Assembly (NCBI GenBank): GCA_034190545.1
Contig: JAXIOF010000002.1
Location: forward strand, 3,246 to 67,245
Reading direction: 5' to 3'
DNA: 64,000 nt
From: Candidatus Afararchaeum irisae
GTDB taxonomy: Archaea; Halobacteriota; Halobacteria; Halobacteriales; Afararchaeaceae
The notes under the pieces are model-generated. The model ran no database searches. It saw only the letters and a list, made by a program, of their open reading frames with translations, and was not told the DNA's origin. Positions 17,941 through 27,319 of this stretch are shown piece by piece. Position 1 is the stretch's first letter. Every line of letters starts with the position of its first letter. The position numbers and the translations under genes are program-made.

Positions 17941-19371
17941 TCAGTCGCGTTCTTCCTCGACGCCTATCGAGTCGAAGATACGTGACTCGACCGCCTCTGC
18001 TGTGAGTTCGAGAAGAGTCTCGCGGTCCTCGCCAGTCTCTCCTATTCCCTTGAAGAGTCCGAGAGGAACCCGGGCGTTGGCTCTTCGGGTGTGTCCCGCG
18101 ACCTCCCCTATTCCCCCGAAAGAGTCTTCTAGAACCCTCGCTATGTTGATACGTATGTCGTTAGACCTCGCGGCGATATGTATGTAGTCGTCGGTTATTC
18201 CGAAGACAGCCGTAGTATTCACGCCTTCGAGTGAGAGGAGATGGTCGGCGGCGGGTATTAGAGCCTCGTTGTCGTTTATGTATCCCGCGTTCGAGATGAG
18301 ATATGAGCTTCTGACCTCTCTGTTGTGTATCGAGTCGGCGAGTACGTCGAAGGTCTCGGGGCTCATAGACGGAGACTCTATCTGTTCGAGAAGCTCGTTG
18401 TCGGCGAGTGCGTAGAGGTAAGCGGCGGCGGTCAGGTCGGCAGGGGCAGTGTTCCGGAAGTCGTCTGTCGCCGTCCTTATTCCGTAGAGGAGTGCCGTCG
18501 GAACCTCGTTCGGGACGTTCGCCTCTGTCTCCTGTATGTACTTCGTCATTATGGTCGATGTACTCCCCAAGTTAGGACGGACGTCCTCGAAGTCGGCGTC
18601 GACCTCGTACTCCGAAGACCTGTTGTCTATGAAGATGTCGACCTCCGTACCCTCTTCCTCTACGTTCTCGACGTGGTCATAGACAGCTACAGTCCCGTAG
18701 TCGTCGAGGCTTACGTCGTCCATCCTCGTGAGCTCTATCTCAAGGAGGTTGACGAAAGCCTGGTTCTCTCTGTGTCCGAGGTCTCCCTTGTAGAGTATCT
18801 CCGCCTCGACGTCAAAGCTCTCGGCGATGCTTTCGAGTGCGACCGCGCTCGCTATCGAGTCGGGGTCGGGACTGTCGTATACGAGTATCGCCATCTTTCC
18901 GTCGGTCGACTTTATGACATCGACGAGGTTTGAGACGCGGTACTCCATCTCGCCCGTCTCGACCGCCCGGAGAGCGCTCTGTGCTATAACTGTGGGGGGA
19001 TTTATGACCGAGTCGGCACCCTTCTCTATGAGAGTCTCCTGTGAGACGGGGTCGGACGCCCTCACGACGATGTACTGTTCCCTACCTGTCTCACGGAGAT
19101 TTTCGAGAGCCTCGGCGTTGGCGTCGGTGTCGTCTGTAAGTATGAGAACGACGTGTCTGTCGGAGACCTCCTCCGTTGCCTCGGGGTCACGTATGTCCAT
19201 CTGTATCGCGTTGAGATCCTGATCCCTCAGCGACTCGACACGGCTCTCGTCCTTGTCAATTATAGTGATCTCTTTCCCCCTGTTGAGTAGATCCTGAGCC
19301 ACCTCGTATCCCACACTTCCGCAGCCGAGTATACCGTACCCGGAGGCGGTGTCGGGGACTCTTTCGACCAT
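17941..19371 (-). CDS. TrkA-N (NAD-binding) domain fused to a DHH/DHHA1 phosphoesterase
   Basis: N-terminal Rossmann motif 'ILGCGSVGYEVAQDLLNRGKEITIIDKDE'. The central part has the DHH-type 'DPDSIASAVAL'. The C-terminus has the DHHA1-like 'GGIGEVAGHTRRANARVPL'. Confidence 0.8.
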   Translation of the reverse strand: MVERVPDTASGYGILGCGSVGYEVAQDLLNRGKEITIIDKDESRVESLRDQDLNAIQMDIRDPEATEEVSDRHVVLILTDDTDANAEALENLRETGREQYIVVRASDPVSQETLIEKGADSVINPPTVIAQSALRAVETGEMEYRVSNLVDVIKSTDGKMAILVYDSPDPDSIASAVALESIAESFDVEAEILYKGDLGHRENQAFVNLLEIELTRMDDVSLDDYGTVAVYDHVENVEEEGTEVDIFIDNRSSEYEVDADFEDVRPNLGSTSTIMTKYIQETEANVPNEVPTALLYGIRTATDDFRNTAPADLTAAAYLYALADNELLEQIESPSMSPETFDVLADSIHNREVRSSYLISNAGYINDNEALIPAADHLLSLEGVNTTAVFGITDDYIHIAARSNDIRINIARVLEDSFGGIGEVAGHTRRANARVPLGLFKGIGETGEDRETLLELTAEAVESRIFDSIGVEEERD

Positions 19372-19455
19372 GCCTCAGACAAGACGCGGAGACACTTACA
19401 TCTTCAGTTTGGACACCGGCGTGAGAGTTATCGTCCTCAGTCTCCAAACTCTTCC

Positions 19456-19617
19456 ATGGCATCTGTTAGCATCAGTATACCCGACGAGATACACGACGAA
19501 GTTCTTGAGTACGCCGAGAAACACACCGAGTCGGTCGATCAGGCTTACGTGGAACTCGTCGAGTTCGCGCTCAACAACGTCGAACACGACCCCGACGAGG
19601 ACACCTACATAATGTGA
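19456..19617 (+). CDS. Small ribbon-helix-helix-like protein (53 aa)
   Basis: Absent from the ORF track because it is under 60 aa. My own translation gives MASVSISIPDEIHDEVLEYAEKHTESVDQAYVELVEFALNNVEHDPDEDTYIM*. The beta-strand 'SISIPDE' followed by two helices is typical of RHH/CopG-like proteins. The composition is acidic, like the rest of the proteome. Confidence 0.4.
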   Translation: MASVSISIPDEIHDEVLEYAEKHTESVDQAYVELVEFALNNVEHDPDEDTYIM

Positions 19618-19661
19618 CTCTAACGGGACTGTTTTTAGTGCCCAAGCCGTACTCCGAGTAA

Positions 19662-20117
19662 ATGGCGATTACCGACAGGATCTATCTCAAGGACGCAAAC
19701 GCCATATCGAGTCAGATCGACAGGAGGATGCCACGTAACATCTTCAGCGGCGCGGCTCTCGACATACTCTACTCGACTGAGGCTCTCGAAAGCCTCGACC
19801 CCGGGACACGTGATCAGCTTCTCGAGTTCGTCGAGGAGTTCCTTGACTGCGGCTGTAAGGACGCGCCCTACTGTGGACATCCCGAGGAGAAGTTCATGAA
19901 GTACCTCCTCGAACTCCGTTCGGCGGGTCTCTCTCCCGACGAGATAGTCGAGACGATGGAAGCGGAGTACGGTCTCTATGCCTACACGGGTGACATACTC
20001 GACTTCCTCGACTCCGCCGTCAGAAACCTCGAAGCCTTCGAGAAGATAGCCGGAGCGGCAGGTAAGGACGGAGTGAAAAGTAGATCCGAAAGACTGAGAC
20101 GCGACCTGGTTGAGTAG
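19662..20117 (+). CDS. Conserved small archaeal protein with a CGC-x5-C-x-H motif (possibly a DUF5814-type family; the name is uncertain)
   Basis: 151 aa, acidic, with 'FLDCGCKDAPYCGHPEEKF'. Its stop overlaps the start region of the DUF460-like gene. Confidence 0.6.
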   Translation: MAITDRIYLKDANAISSQIDRRMPRNIFSGAALDILYSTEALESLDPGTRDQLLEFVEEFLDCGCKDAPYCGHPEEKFMKYLLELRSAGLSPDEIVETMEAEYGLYAYTGDILDFLDSAVRNLEAFEKIAGAAGKDGVKSRSERLRRDLVE

Positions 20118-22173
20118 GAGTAGAAGTAGAAGTGGAACCAGAACCCGAACCGGAAGTGGATTTATACGGTATGAGAACCTACTTCTTGGTGTGAAGACTC
20201 GTACGGGAGCACTTGACACAGTCGTTTTCGGGGTCGACGTACAGAGCGGCGACGTGAGAGGTGACTCTCCCTCGTACGCCGTAGTGGCTTTCGACGGTGA
20301 GAACATCGACAGGGACGTAGTCTCACACAGGAAGCTTCTGCGTCTCATACAGAGAGAGGAGCCCGACATAGTCGCGACTGACAACATGTACGAGCTCGCT
20401 GAGGACAAGAGAGACCTCGTGGGGTTCCTCCGTAACCTGCCCTCCGAGACGCGTTTAGTACAGGTCACGGGGGACGAACGTCCCGAGCCCCTCTCACGAG
20501 TCGCGTCGCGCCACGGCGTGCCGTACGGAAAGAAGCCGATAAAGGAGGCGGAGGCGGCGGCACGTCTCGCTGCTGACAACGTCGGATACGTCGTCTCGGC
20601 GTTCGAGGACACGACGCGTCTCAAGGTCTCAAGGGGACGGTCGACGGGAAAGGGCGGCTGGAGCCAAGACCGTTACACGAGAAGGATACACGGCGCGGTC
20701 AGGAGACGTTCGAGGGAGATCGAGGAGAAGCTCAACGAAGACGGATTCGAGTACGACCTCGATGTCACAGAGAAGTACGGCGGATACTCGAACGCCGTCT
20801 TTACTGTCGACGCGAGAGCCGGCGAGGTACCCGTGTCGTCGGAGAGGTCGGGTGACGTGCGTGTCGAGGTCGAGGAGGTGCGTAAGGACGGAATAGAGTT
20901 CGAGCCCCTCGCCCGCAGACGTGACTACGTCATAGTCGGCATGGATCCGGGTACGACCACAGCCGTAGGAGTCGTTGGACTCGACGGTGAGATACTCAAC
21001 GTCGTGAGCACACGTACCTCCGATATCGCCGAGGTCATAGAGTGGATAGTCGAGAGGGGGCGTCCCGTAGTCGTCGCCGCCGACGTCACACCGATGCCCG
21101 ACACAGTCGAGAAGGTTAGGAGGAGCTTCGACGCCGCCGGATGGAAGCCCGACGAGGATCTCCGTGTCAACCATAAACAGCGCGTAACCTCGGAGTACTC
21201 CTACGACAACGACCACGAGAGGGACGCAGTCGCCGCCGCACTCTTCGCGTTCGAGGAGTACGACGAGAGGTTCGAGAGAATATCACGTAAGGTTCCTCCG
21301 GGCTTAGAGGACGGCGAGGTAATACGCCGCGTGGTCGCGTACGAGGAGTCGGTTGAGACGGCGGTAGACGTACTCACCGAGACCGAGGACGAAGACGACG
21401 AGGACGACGGACACTCGCCGCGCGAACTCACTGAGGACGAGAGACGTATAAAGGATCTCGAGAAACAGGTCGAACGTCTCAAGTCGTACGTCGACGACCT
21501 CGAAGGGACAGTCGAGGAGAAGGACGGCGAGATCGACGGGCTTCAGGAACGTCTCTCCGAGAGACGCCGAGAGGAGAAGAAGGAGATACGTAAGACCGAC
21601 GAGGTCAGACGTCTCGAAAAGAAGAACCAGAGGCTTGAACACAAGCTCACGTCGGTCGAGGAGAAGTACGACGACCTCAGATCGAAGTTCGAGAGACTCA
21701 AGAAGTTCTGGAAGCTTGACCACTCGAACTTCTCCGACGTCGCAGGGGACGCCGACGGCTACACCTCGGTCAAGATAATAGACAAGTTCACGAAGTCGGC
21801 TATAGACGAGACAGACCAACGCACGGGTCTCGTCGAGGACGACGTCATACTCCTGCGTGACGCGAGCGGCGCGGGTAGAAGCACCGCCGAGAAGCTCGCA
21901 TCGGTCGAGCCGCGTCTCGTCCTCAAGAACGGAGGGATCTCCGACGCAGCCGACGAGGTACTCTTCGAGAACCGGATTCCGGTCGGAGACGCCGATGACG
22001 TCAAGGTACGTGAGGTCGATGACCTCGCGATAGGCTTAGAGTCGGACGTCGAGGATGTCATAGAGGACTGGGAGGAGAGAGCCGAGGAGAGAAAGAGAAA
22101 GAGGAGTTCGGAGATGGTCGACAGCCTCATAACCGAGTACAGGGCTGAGAGAAAGAGAGAGACGAGCGACTAA
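20110..22173 (+). CDS. DUF460-family protein (predicted RNase H-fold nuclease with a long coiled coil)
   Basis: 'YVIVGMDPGTTTAVGVVGLDGEILNVVSTRTSDIAEVIEWIVERGRPVVVAADVTPMPDTVEKVRR' is the DUF460 hallmark, a RuvC/RNase H-like D-x-G-[ST] start. It is followed by a charged coiled coil (residues about 440-530). The true start may be the GTG at 20191. The track start is a TTG and adds an RS/RT dipeptide-repeat N-terminus. Confidence 0.75.
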   Translation: MSRSRSRSGTRTRTGSGFIRYENLLLGVKTRTGALDTVVFGVDVQSGDVRGDSPSYAVVAFDGENIDRDVVSHRKLLRLIQREEPDIVATDNMYELAEDKRDLVGFLRNLPSETRLVQVTGDERPEPLSRVASRHGVPYGKKPIKEAEAAARLAADNVGYVVSAFEDTTRLKVSRGRSTGKGGWSQDRYTRRIHGAVRRRSREIEEKLNEDGFEYDLDVTEKYGGYSNAVFTVDARAGEVPVSSERSGDVRVEVEEVRKDGIEFEPLARRRDYVIVGMDPGTTTAVGVVGLDGEILNVVSTRTSDIAEVIEWIVERGRPVVVAADVTPMPDTVEKVRRSFDAAGWKPDEDLRVNHKQRVTSEYSYDNDHERDAVAAALFAFEEYDERFERISRKVPPGLEDGEVIRRVVAYEESVETAVDVLTETEDEDDEDDGHSPRELTEDERRIKDLEKQVERLKSYVDDLEGTVEEKDGEIDGLQERLSERRREEKKEIRKTDEVRRLEKKNQRLEHKLTSVEEKYDDLRSKFERLKKFWKLDHSNFSDVAGDADGYTSVKIIDKFTKSAIDETDQRTGLVEDDVILLRDASGAGRSTAEKLASVEPRLVLKNGGISDAADEVLFENRIPVGDADDVKVREVDDLAIGLESDVEDVIEDWEERAEERKRKRSSEMVDSLITEYRAERKRETSD

Positions 22174-22202
22174 GACTAACAGTAACAGACTTACAGAGCT
22201 GT

Positions 22203-22556
22203 TCAGTCTTCGTCTCTGAATATGAGTCTGTCGCCCTCCTCGACACCGTCTAAGCCACCCGCCTTAGTCTCTATGACCCTCTTAGCCTCGTGGGACGCGT
22301 ACCCCGTCCACGCCTCCATACGTGTCTTCTTCACGACCCTGTTGTCTGAGTCGAGGAAGACGGCGTCGATACCGAAGAAGACAAAGACCATGTGGAGACG
22401 TACCTTCTTCTCGGAGTCGAACTCGAAGACTAAGGCGTAGCCGTCGGGAACCGACTCTGAACGTCGGAACATCAGACCCAGAGACTTAGACACGAAGGTA
22501 TCGGCGACCTCGGCTTCTTCTGTGACTACATCGCCGTTCTGAGTCTCTATTCTCAT
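22203..22556 (-). CDS. DUF192 family protein
   Basis: VADTFVSKSLGLMFRR...LVFEFDSEKKVRLHMVFVFFGIDAVFLDSD fits the DUF192 pattern (GLM.R ... M..v.fplD.vf.d). Confidence 0.7.
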   Translation of the reverse strand: MRIETQNGDVVTEEAEVADTFVSKSLGLMFRRSESVPDGYALVFEFDSEKKVRLHMVFVFFGIDAVFLDSDNRVVKKTRMEAWTGYASHEAKRVIETKAGGLDGVEEGDRLIFRDED

Positions 22557-22560
22557 CTTA

Positions 22561-22580
22561 TTCTGTTCTGTTCTGTTCTA
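22561..22580. repeat. Pentanucleotide tandem repeat (TTCTG)3(TTCTA)1 that fills an intercistronic spacer
   Basis: Read directly from the sequence. The whole 27-nt spacer between the stop at 22584-22586 and the start at 22554-22556 is built from this repeat. The same repeat occurs at 49630-49654. Confidence 0.9.
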
Positions 22581-22583
22581 TTC

Positions 22584-22955
22584 CTATGACGTCTCAGACT
22601 CAGACGATAGGGGTATCCCGTGTTCCTCGACTATCTCCTCCCGGAGTATGAGGTCGGCGTTCGCCCTGACGTAGTCGGGAGCGTCGTCTGCTATCAGAAC
22701 CGCCTTGAGATCGGGATTGACGTGTTTGGCGACAGTGACCTGTACAGACCTCTCTCCGCCGTAGACCACGAAGACGTCGGCGTCGTCTATACCTGCCTCG
22801 ATCAGGGCGTCCTCACCGACCCCCTCGGCTTCGACGACCTCGACCTCAACCTCCTCGGATTCTTCTACGTCTCTGTCTCCGTTTCCGTTTTCTTCACTCT
22901 CACCGAGGTCGAACTTTCTCAGTCTCTCCGGGACTCCGAGAACGACTACCTTCAT
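22584..22955 (-). CDS. Hypothetical acidic protein (Rossmann-like beta-alpha pattern)
   Basis: 123-aa ORF, MKVVVLGVPE...DADVFVVYGGERSVQVTVAKHVNPDLKAVLIADD. It abuts the guaA-B stop. I recognised no family. Confidence 0.45.
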   Translation of the reverse strand: MKVVVLGVPERLRKFDLGESEENGNGDRDVEESEEVEVEVVEAEGVGEDALIEAGIDDADVFVVYGGERSVQVTVAKHVNPDLKAVLIADDAPDYVRANADLILREEIVEEHGIPLSSESETS

Positions 22956-23873
22956 CTATTCGTACTCTATCGTCGCGGGTGGCTTGTGTGTGACGTCGTA
23001 GACGACACGTGCGACGTTGGGATGTGCCCCCGTTATCCCCGACTGTATCCTCTGGAGACTCTCCCACGGTATGTCCATCGCCTGTGCGGTCATTCCGTCA
23101 CGTGACTCTACGGCTCTCACGGCGACTATCCAGCCGTGAACCCTGTTGTCGCCCTTGACCCCCGTGCCCTTTCCTACGACTGCGGCGAGAGCCTGCCACG
23201 GGTCGAACTCCTCGACCTCCTCCTCGACGACTGCGTTAGCCTCGCGCGCGACCTCTAGCTTCTCCTCTGTGACCTCGCCTATCACACGCACTGCGAGACC
23301 GGGTCCCGGGAAAGGCATCCTCTCGCTGATCTCCTCGGTGAGACCGAGTGCACGTGCGACCTCACGTACCTCGTCCTTGTAGAGCTCTCTCACGGGCTCG
23401 ACGAGTCCCTCGAAGCTTATGACTTCGGGGAGACCTCCGACGTTGTGGTGGCTCTTTATGCCGCCCTCGCTCTCTATCCTGTCGGGGTATATCGTACCCT
23501 GGACGCAGTACTCCGCCTCGACCTCTGAGGCGACCTCCTCGAAGACACGCATGAACTCCTCTCCTATTATCTCGCGTTTCTCCTCGGGATCTGTGACTCC
23601 CGAGAGGGCGTCTAAGAACCTCTCTCGCGCGTCGACTATACGCAGACTCTCCATGTAGTCGAATGTCTCACGTATCTCGTCGGTCTCGCCCTTCCTCATC
23701 AGACCCGTGTCGACGTAGATAGGTGTGAGACGGCTGCCTATTGCCTCGTAGGCGAGTGCCGCGCTCACAGCCGAGTCGACGCCTCCCGACAGGGCTATGA
23801 CTGCGTGACCGTCGTCGACGTCTTCCTTTATCTCCTCTACCGCTTCGTCTATGAAACTGTCTGTGTCTACCAT
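22956..23873 (-). CDS. guaA: GMP synthase (glutamine-hydrolysing) subunit B, ATP-pyrophosphatase domain
   Basis: PP-loop motif '[16 protein letters not shown]', and a C-terminus '...[14 protein letters not shown]' typical of GuaA. At 305 aa it matches the split archaeal subunit B. Confidence 0.9.
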   Translation of the reverse strand: MVDTDSFIDEAVEEIKEDVDDGHAVIALSGGVDSAVSAALAYEAIGSRLTPIYVDTGLMRKGETDEIRETFDYMESLRIVDARERFLDALSGVTDPEEKREIIGEEFMRVFEEVASEVEAEYCVQGTIYPDRIESEGGIKSHHNVGGLPEVISFEGLVEPVRELYKDEVREVARALGLTEEISERMPFPGPGLAVRVIGEVTEEKLEVAREANAVVEEEVEEFDPWQALAAVVGKGTGVKGDNRVHGWIVAVRAVESRDGMTAQAMDIPWESLQRIQSGITGAHPNVARVVYDVTHKPPATIEYE

Positions 23874-23893
23874 CTTTGTGTTTGTAATCTCCT

Positions 23894-25516
23894 TTATACC
23901 TCTATCCTGGCACCGTGTTTTCTTTCGAGCGCTGCCTCCACGAGCCCTACGAAGACGGGGCTCGGCTTACCCGGACGTGACTTGAACTCGGGATGGAACT
24001 GTGTGCCGACGAAGTAGGGGTGTTCGTCCTGTGGGAGTTCGAGTATCTCCATACGGCTGTTCGAACGTCCCGAGAAGACGAGACCGTTCTCCTCTAAGAC
24101 GTCTATGTACTCGGGGTTGACCTCGAACCTGTGTCTGTGTCTCTCGCTCACCGACCTCGCGCTGTAGAGGCTGTGTGCGAGGCTGTCCTCGTCTATCTGA
24201 GTTTCTTTTTCGCCGAGACGCATCGTTCCTCCCATATCCTCGACGTCGTACTGTTCGGGGAGTATGTCTATCACGGGATTCGGAGTCTCCTCGTCTATCT
24301 CTGTCGAGTGTGCACCGTCTAAGCCGACGACGTTACGTGCGTACTCGACGACAGCCATCTGGAAGCCGAAACACAGTCCTAAGAAGGGAACACCGTTCTC
24401 CCGCGCGTACTTCACGGCGTTGACCTTGCCCTCTGTTCCTCTCTCGCCGAACCCTCCGGGAACTATCAGACCGTCGACTTGACGTAGCTTCCTCCTGTCT
24501 TCCTCCTCCATGTCCTCGGTGTTGACCCAGAGAACCTCCGTCTCGACGTTGTGTCTCAGACCCGCGTGTTTGAGAGCCTCGTGTACGGAGAGGTAGGCGT
24601 CCTCGAACTCGTACTTCCCCGCGAGGGCGATCTTGACAGTCTCGTCGGTCTCCTGTGTCACCGTCTCGCGCCAGTCTGTGTTCATCTCGTCGGCTTCCGA
24701 CTCCAGACTGAGCTCCGACATCACGTAGTCGTCCATTCCCTCGTCCTCAAGCGTGAGGGGAACGTGGTAGATGTCATCGACATCCGGTGTGCTTACGACT
24801 GCGTCGGTCGGTACGTCACAGAAGAGACTGATCTTCTCGCGTGTCTCGTCTTCGAGCTTGTCCTCCGACCGTCCCACGACTATGTTGGGATGGAGACCCA
24901 GCTCCCTCAGCTCCTTCACGCTGTGCTGAGTCGGCTTAGTCTTCTGTTCGCCGTTGTTGGTGAGAGGAACCAGAGTTACGTGGACGAGTAGGAAGTCGTC
25001 TTCATCCTCCTCGTTGTGCATCTGTCTCACCGACTCAAGGAAAGGCATCCCTTCTATGTCTCCGACTGTTCCGCCGAGCTCTATTATACAGATGTCCTCA
25101 TCGTCTCCCGCTTCACGTATACGTCTCTTTATGTCGTCAGTGATATGCGGAATTATCTGTACGGTCTTCCCGAGGTAGTCACCCGACCTCTCACGGTCTA
25201 TGACGTTGCTGTAGACCTTCCCAGTCGTGACGTTGTGGTCGAAGGTCATGTCGATATCGAGGAACCTCTCGTAGTTGCCGAGATCGAGGTCGACCTCTCC
25301 GCCGTCCTTGAGGACATAGACCTCACCGTGTTCGTACGGGTTCATAGTCCCGGCGTCGACGTTGAGATATGGATCGATCTTGACCGCAGTCACGTCGAAG
25401 CCACGGTTCTTGAGAAGCCTCCCCAACGACGCCGCAGTGATGCCCTTTCCGAGTCCGGACATCACACCTCCGGTCACGAATATAAACTTAGTATCAGTAT
25501 CAGACTCCTTCGGCAT
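23894..25516 (-). CDS. pyrG: CTP synthase
   Basis: '[21 protein letters not shown]' at the N-terminus, and a GATase domain with 'GLCFGFQ' and 'HRHRFEVN'. Confidence 0.95.
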   Translation of the reverse strand: MPKESDTDTKFIFVTGGVMSGLGKGITAASLGRLLKNRGFDVTAVKIDPYLNVDAGTMNPYEHGEVYVLKDGGEVDLDLGNYERFLDIDMTFDHNVTTGKVYSNVIDRERSGDYLGKTVQIIPHITDDIKRRIREAGDDEDICIIELGGTVGDIEGMPFLESVRQMHNEEDEDDFLLVHVTLVPLTNNGEQKTKPTQHSVKELRELGLHPNIVVGRSEDKLEDETREKISLFCDVPTDAVVSTPDVDDIYHVPLTLEDEGMDDYVMSELSLESEADEMNTDWRETVTQETDETVKIALAGKYEFEDAYLSVHEALKHAGLRHNVETEVLWVNTEDMEEEDRRKLRQVDGLIVPGGFGERGTEGKVNAVKYARENGVPFLGLCFGFQMAVVEYARNVVGLDGAHSTEIDEETPNPVIDILPEQYDVEDMGGTMRLGEKETQIDEDSLAHSLYSARSVSERHRHRFEVNPEYIDVLEENGLVFSGRSNSRMEILELPQDEHPYFVGTQFHPEFKSRPGKPSPVFVGLVEAALERKHGARIEV

Positions 25517-25604
25517 ACTATCTGTAGGGAAAACCGGTTGAAAACTGTTGCTACTGGACTGGAATACGCGAAATGTTGACGTATACTATATGGTATTGAT
25601 TGGA

Positions 25605-26051
25605 TCAGAACTCGTCTTCCGAAATCCGTGTCACAGTCACGTCGTCGGTATCGTAGAGGTCGTACTCGGGAGGCTCCTCCTTGCCGTATACCGGCTCACG
25701 CAGTTCTCCGTCGACCACGCCTCTCACGAGGTAGTACTCCGTCGTATCCTCGGGATCTACCTCCCTCTCGTAGAGATTCCGCGCGAGAGACCGCGAGAGC
25801 CACTCGTGGGTGCTCACGCTCGGCTCCAGAACCTCGGAGAACCGCGCGTACCTCGTGAGGTACCAGTCAAGGTCGTTGAGAGACGCGAGTGCCCCTCCGA
25901 GAGAAGACGTGCGGTATACGACCGAGTTACGTATCTCTACCTCAGACTCGACGCGTTCGTACGACGACAGAGCCTCGCGTGCGGTCTGACTCGTGACTAA
26001 CTCGTACTCCAGACTGACGTCCTCCTTTCCTATTATACGTACGCGTGTCAT
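25605..26051 (-). CDS. Hypothetical acidic protein
   Basis: 148-aa ORF with proteome-typical composition. It lies 1 nt downstream of thiI on the same strand. I recognised no family. Confidence 0.45.
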   Translation of the reverse strand: MTRVRIIGKEDVSLEYELVTSQTAREALSSYERVESEVEIRNSVVYRTSSLGGALASLNDLDWYLTRYARFSEVLEPSVSTHEWLSRSLARNLYEREVDPEDTTEYYLVRGVVDGELREPVYGKEEPPEYDLYDTDDVTVTRISEDEF

Positions 26052-26052
26052 C

Positions 26053-27282
26053 TCAGTCCCGTCTCACGCGAACTTTCTCAGACCTCTCGACTGCGTCCAA
26101 GACGAGTTTCTCTACGTCTCTGCTCAGACCCACCTCTTTCTCACGTACATCTTCGAGGTCGGCGTGTGTCGTCGGATGGTGAGGCGCGAGCGACGCACAG
26201 CCCTCGTCTATGTCGACTGTCGGATACGTTCCTATCTCCCTCGCCTTCGCCGTAATCTCGGTCTTGTCACGTCCGAAGAGGGGTCTGTGTACGGGCATAC
26301 CGACCGCCTCCGAGGTCACGCGGAGGTTTCTCGCCGTCTGGCTCGACTTCTGCCCTAGCGACTCCCCTGTGACGATACCCTCGGCGTCCTCCTTCTTAGC
26401 TATCGCCTCGGCGATCCTCAGCATGATTCTCCTGTAGATGATCATCCTGTCACGTTCGACCTCGTCGAAAAGCTGTAGGAGTATCCCGTCGGTCGGGACT
26501 CTCCAGATCTCGTCGACGTCGGGAGCGTACCTCGACAACGCTTCGACGGCGAGACGCGCCCTCTCGAAATGGTCTTCGCCTACGAGGGGGTCGAGGTCGA
26601 GGTATATAGGCACGAGGCTCGAACCCCGTCTCAGACTGTACCAAGCCGCGACGGGCGAGTCTATTCCGCCGCTTACCAAGCCGACTGTCCGTCCCTGTGA
26701 TCCCACGGGAAGACCGCCGACACCCTCCATCTCCTCGACGTAGACGTAAGCCGCGTCTTCGCGCGCCTCTACGCCTACCGAGAGTTCGGGATCATCGAGG
26801 TCGACCTCCGGCTCCTCGACCGCTTCCCAGACTGCGTCTCCTATCTTCCGTCCCATATCCTCGCTGTCAAACGAGTGGTCGCCTGCCGACCTCGGACGTA
26901 CTGCGAACTTCCCCGAGTCGAATCCGACTGCCTTTACGAGGCTCACCGCGGCGTTTTCCATCTCGTCCATCTCGGGATCGACACGTACCGCGGGAGAAGT
27001 CCTCACGACACCGAAGACGTCGGCTACCGCCTCAGCTGCGTCTACGACGTTATCGCAGTCTACGAAGAGACGCCCCCACTCGACCTCTATTCCGTTGTAC
27101 TCAATCTCCCTGTCGTCGAGCGTGAGACGTATTCTGTCGGCTAAGAGACGCTGGAGACGTGACCTCACTGAGCTACTCTTGTTGCCTATCTCTCCGTAAC
27201 GCACGAGGACTGTGTCGTACAGATCCTCGGCTTCGAGGTCTTCGGCGTCTCCGGCATCATTTCGCTTCGTGTCGGCTCTCAT
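26053..27282 (-). CDS. thiI: tRNA 4-thiouridine synthase ThiI (THUMP + PP-loop)
   Basis: 'VGLVSGGIDSPVAAW' PP-loop and an N-terminal THUMP-like region. 409 aa. Confidence 0.85.
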   Translation of the reverse strand: MRADTKRNDAGDAEDLEAEDLYDTVLVRYGEIGNKSSSVRSRLQRLLADRIRLTLDDREIEYNGIEVEWGRLFVDCDNVVDAAEAVADVFGVVRTSPAVRVDPEMDEMENAAVSLVKAVGFDSGKFAVRPRSAGDHSFDSEDMGRKIGDAVWEAVEEPEVDLDDPELSVGVEAREDAAYVYVEEMEGVGGLPVGSQGRTVGLVSGGIDSPVAAWYSLRRGSSLVPIYLDLDPLVGEDHFERARLAVEALSRYAPDVDEIWRVPTDGILLQLFDEVERDRMIIYRRIMLRIAEAIAKKEDAEGIVTGESLGQKSSQTARNLRVTSEAVGMPVHRPLFGRDKTEITAKAREIGTYPTVDIDEGCASLAPHHPTTHADLEDVREKEVGLSRDVEKLVLDAVERSEKVRVRRD

Positions 27283-27319
27283 CTGTCAAAAGATACGGCT
27301 GAGACTCTTTTAACTCTGG

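Noticed and set aside
19635-20624. 329-aa minus-strand ORF that covers the DUF5814-like gene and the start of the DUF460 gene
   Set aside because: The composition is Ser/Arg/Leu-rich and non-acidic, unlike every credible protein here. It lies exactly antisense to two ORFs with recognisable conserved motifs. Long antisense ORFs are expected with this codon bias. The same reasoning applies to 5802-6455, 6498-7322, 16024-16671, 14075-14668, 43164-43811, 30198-31079 and similar track entries.
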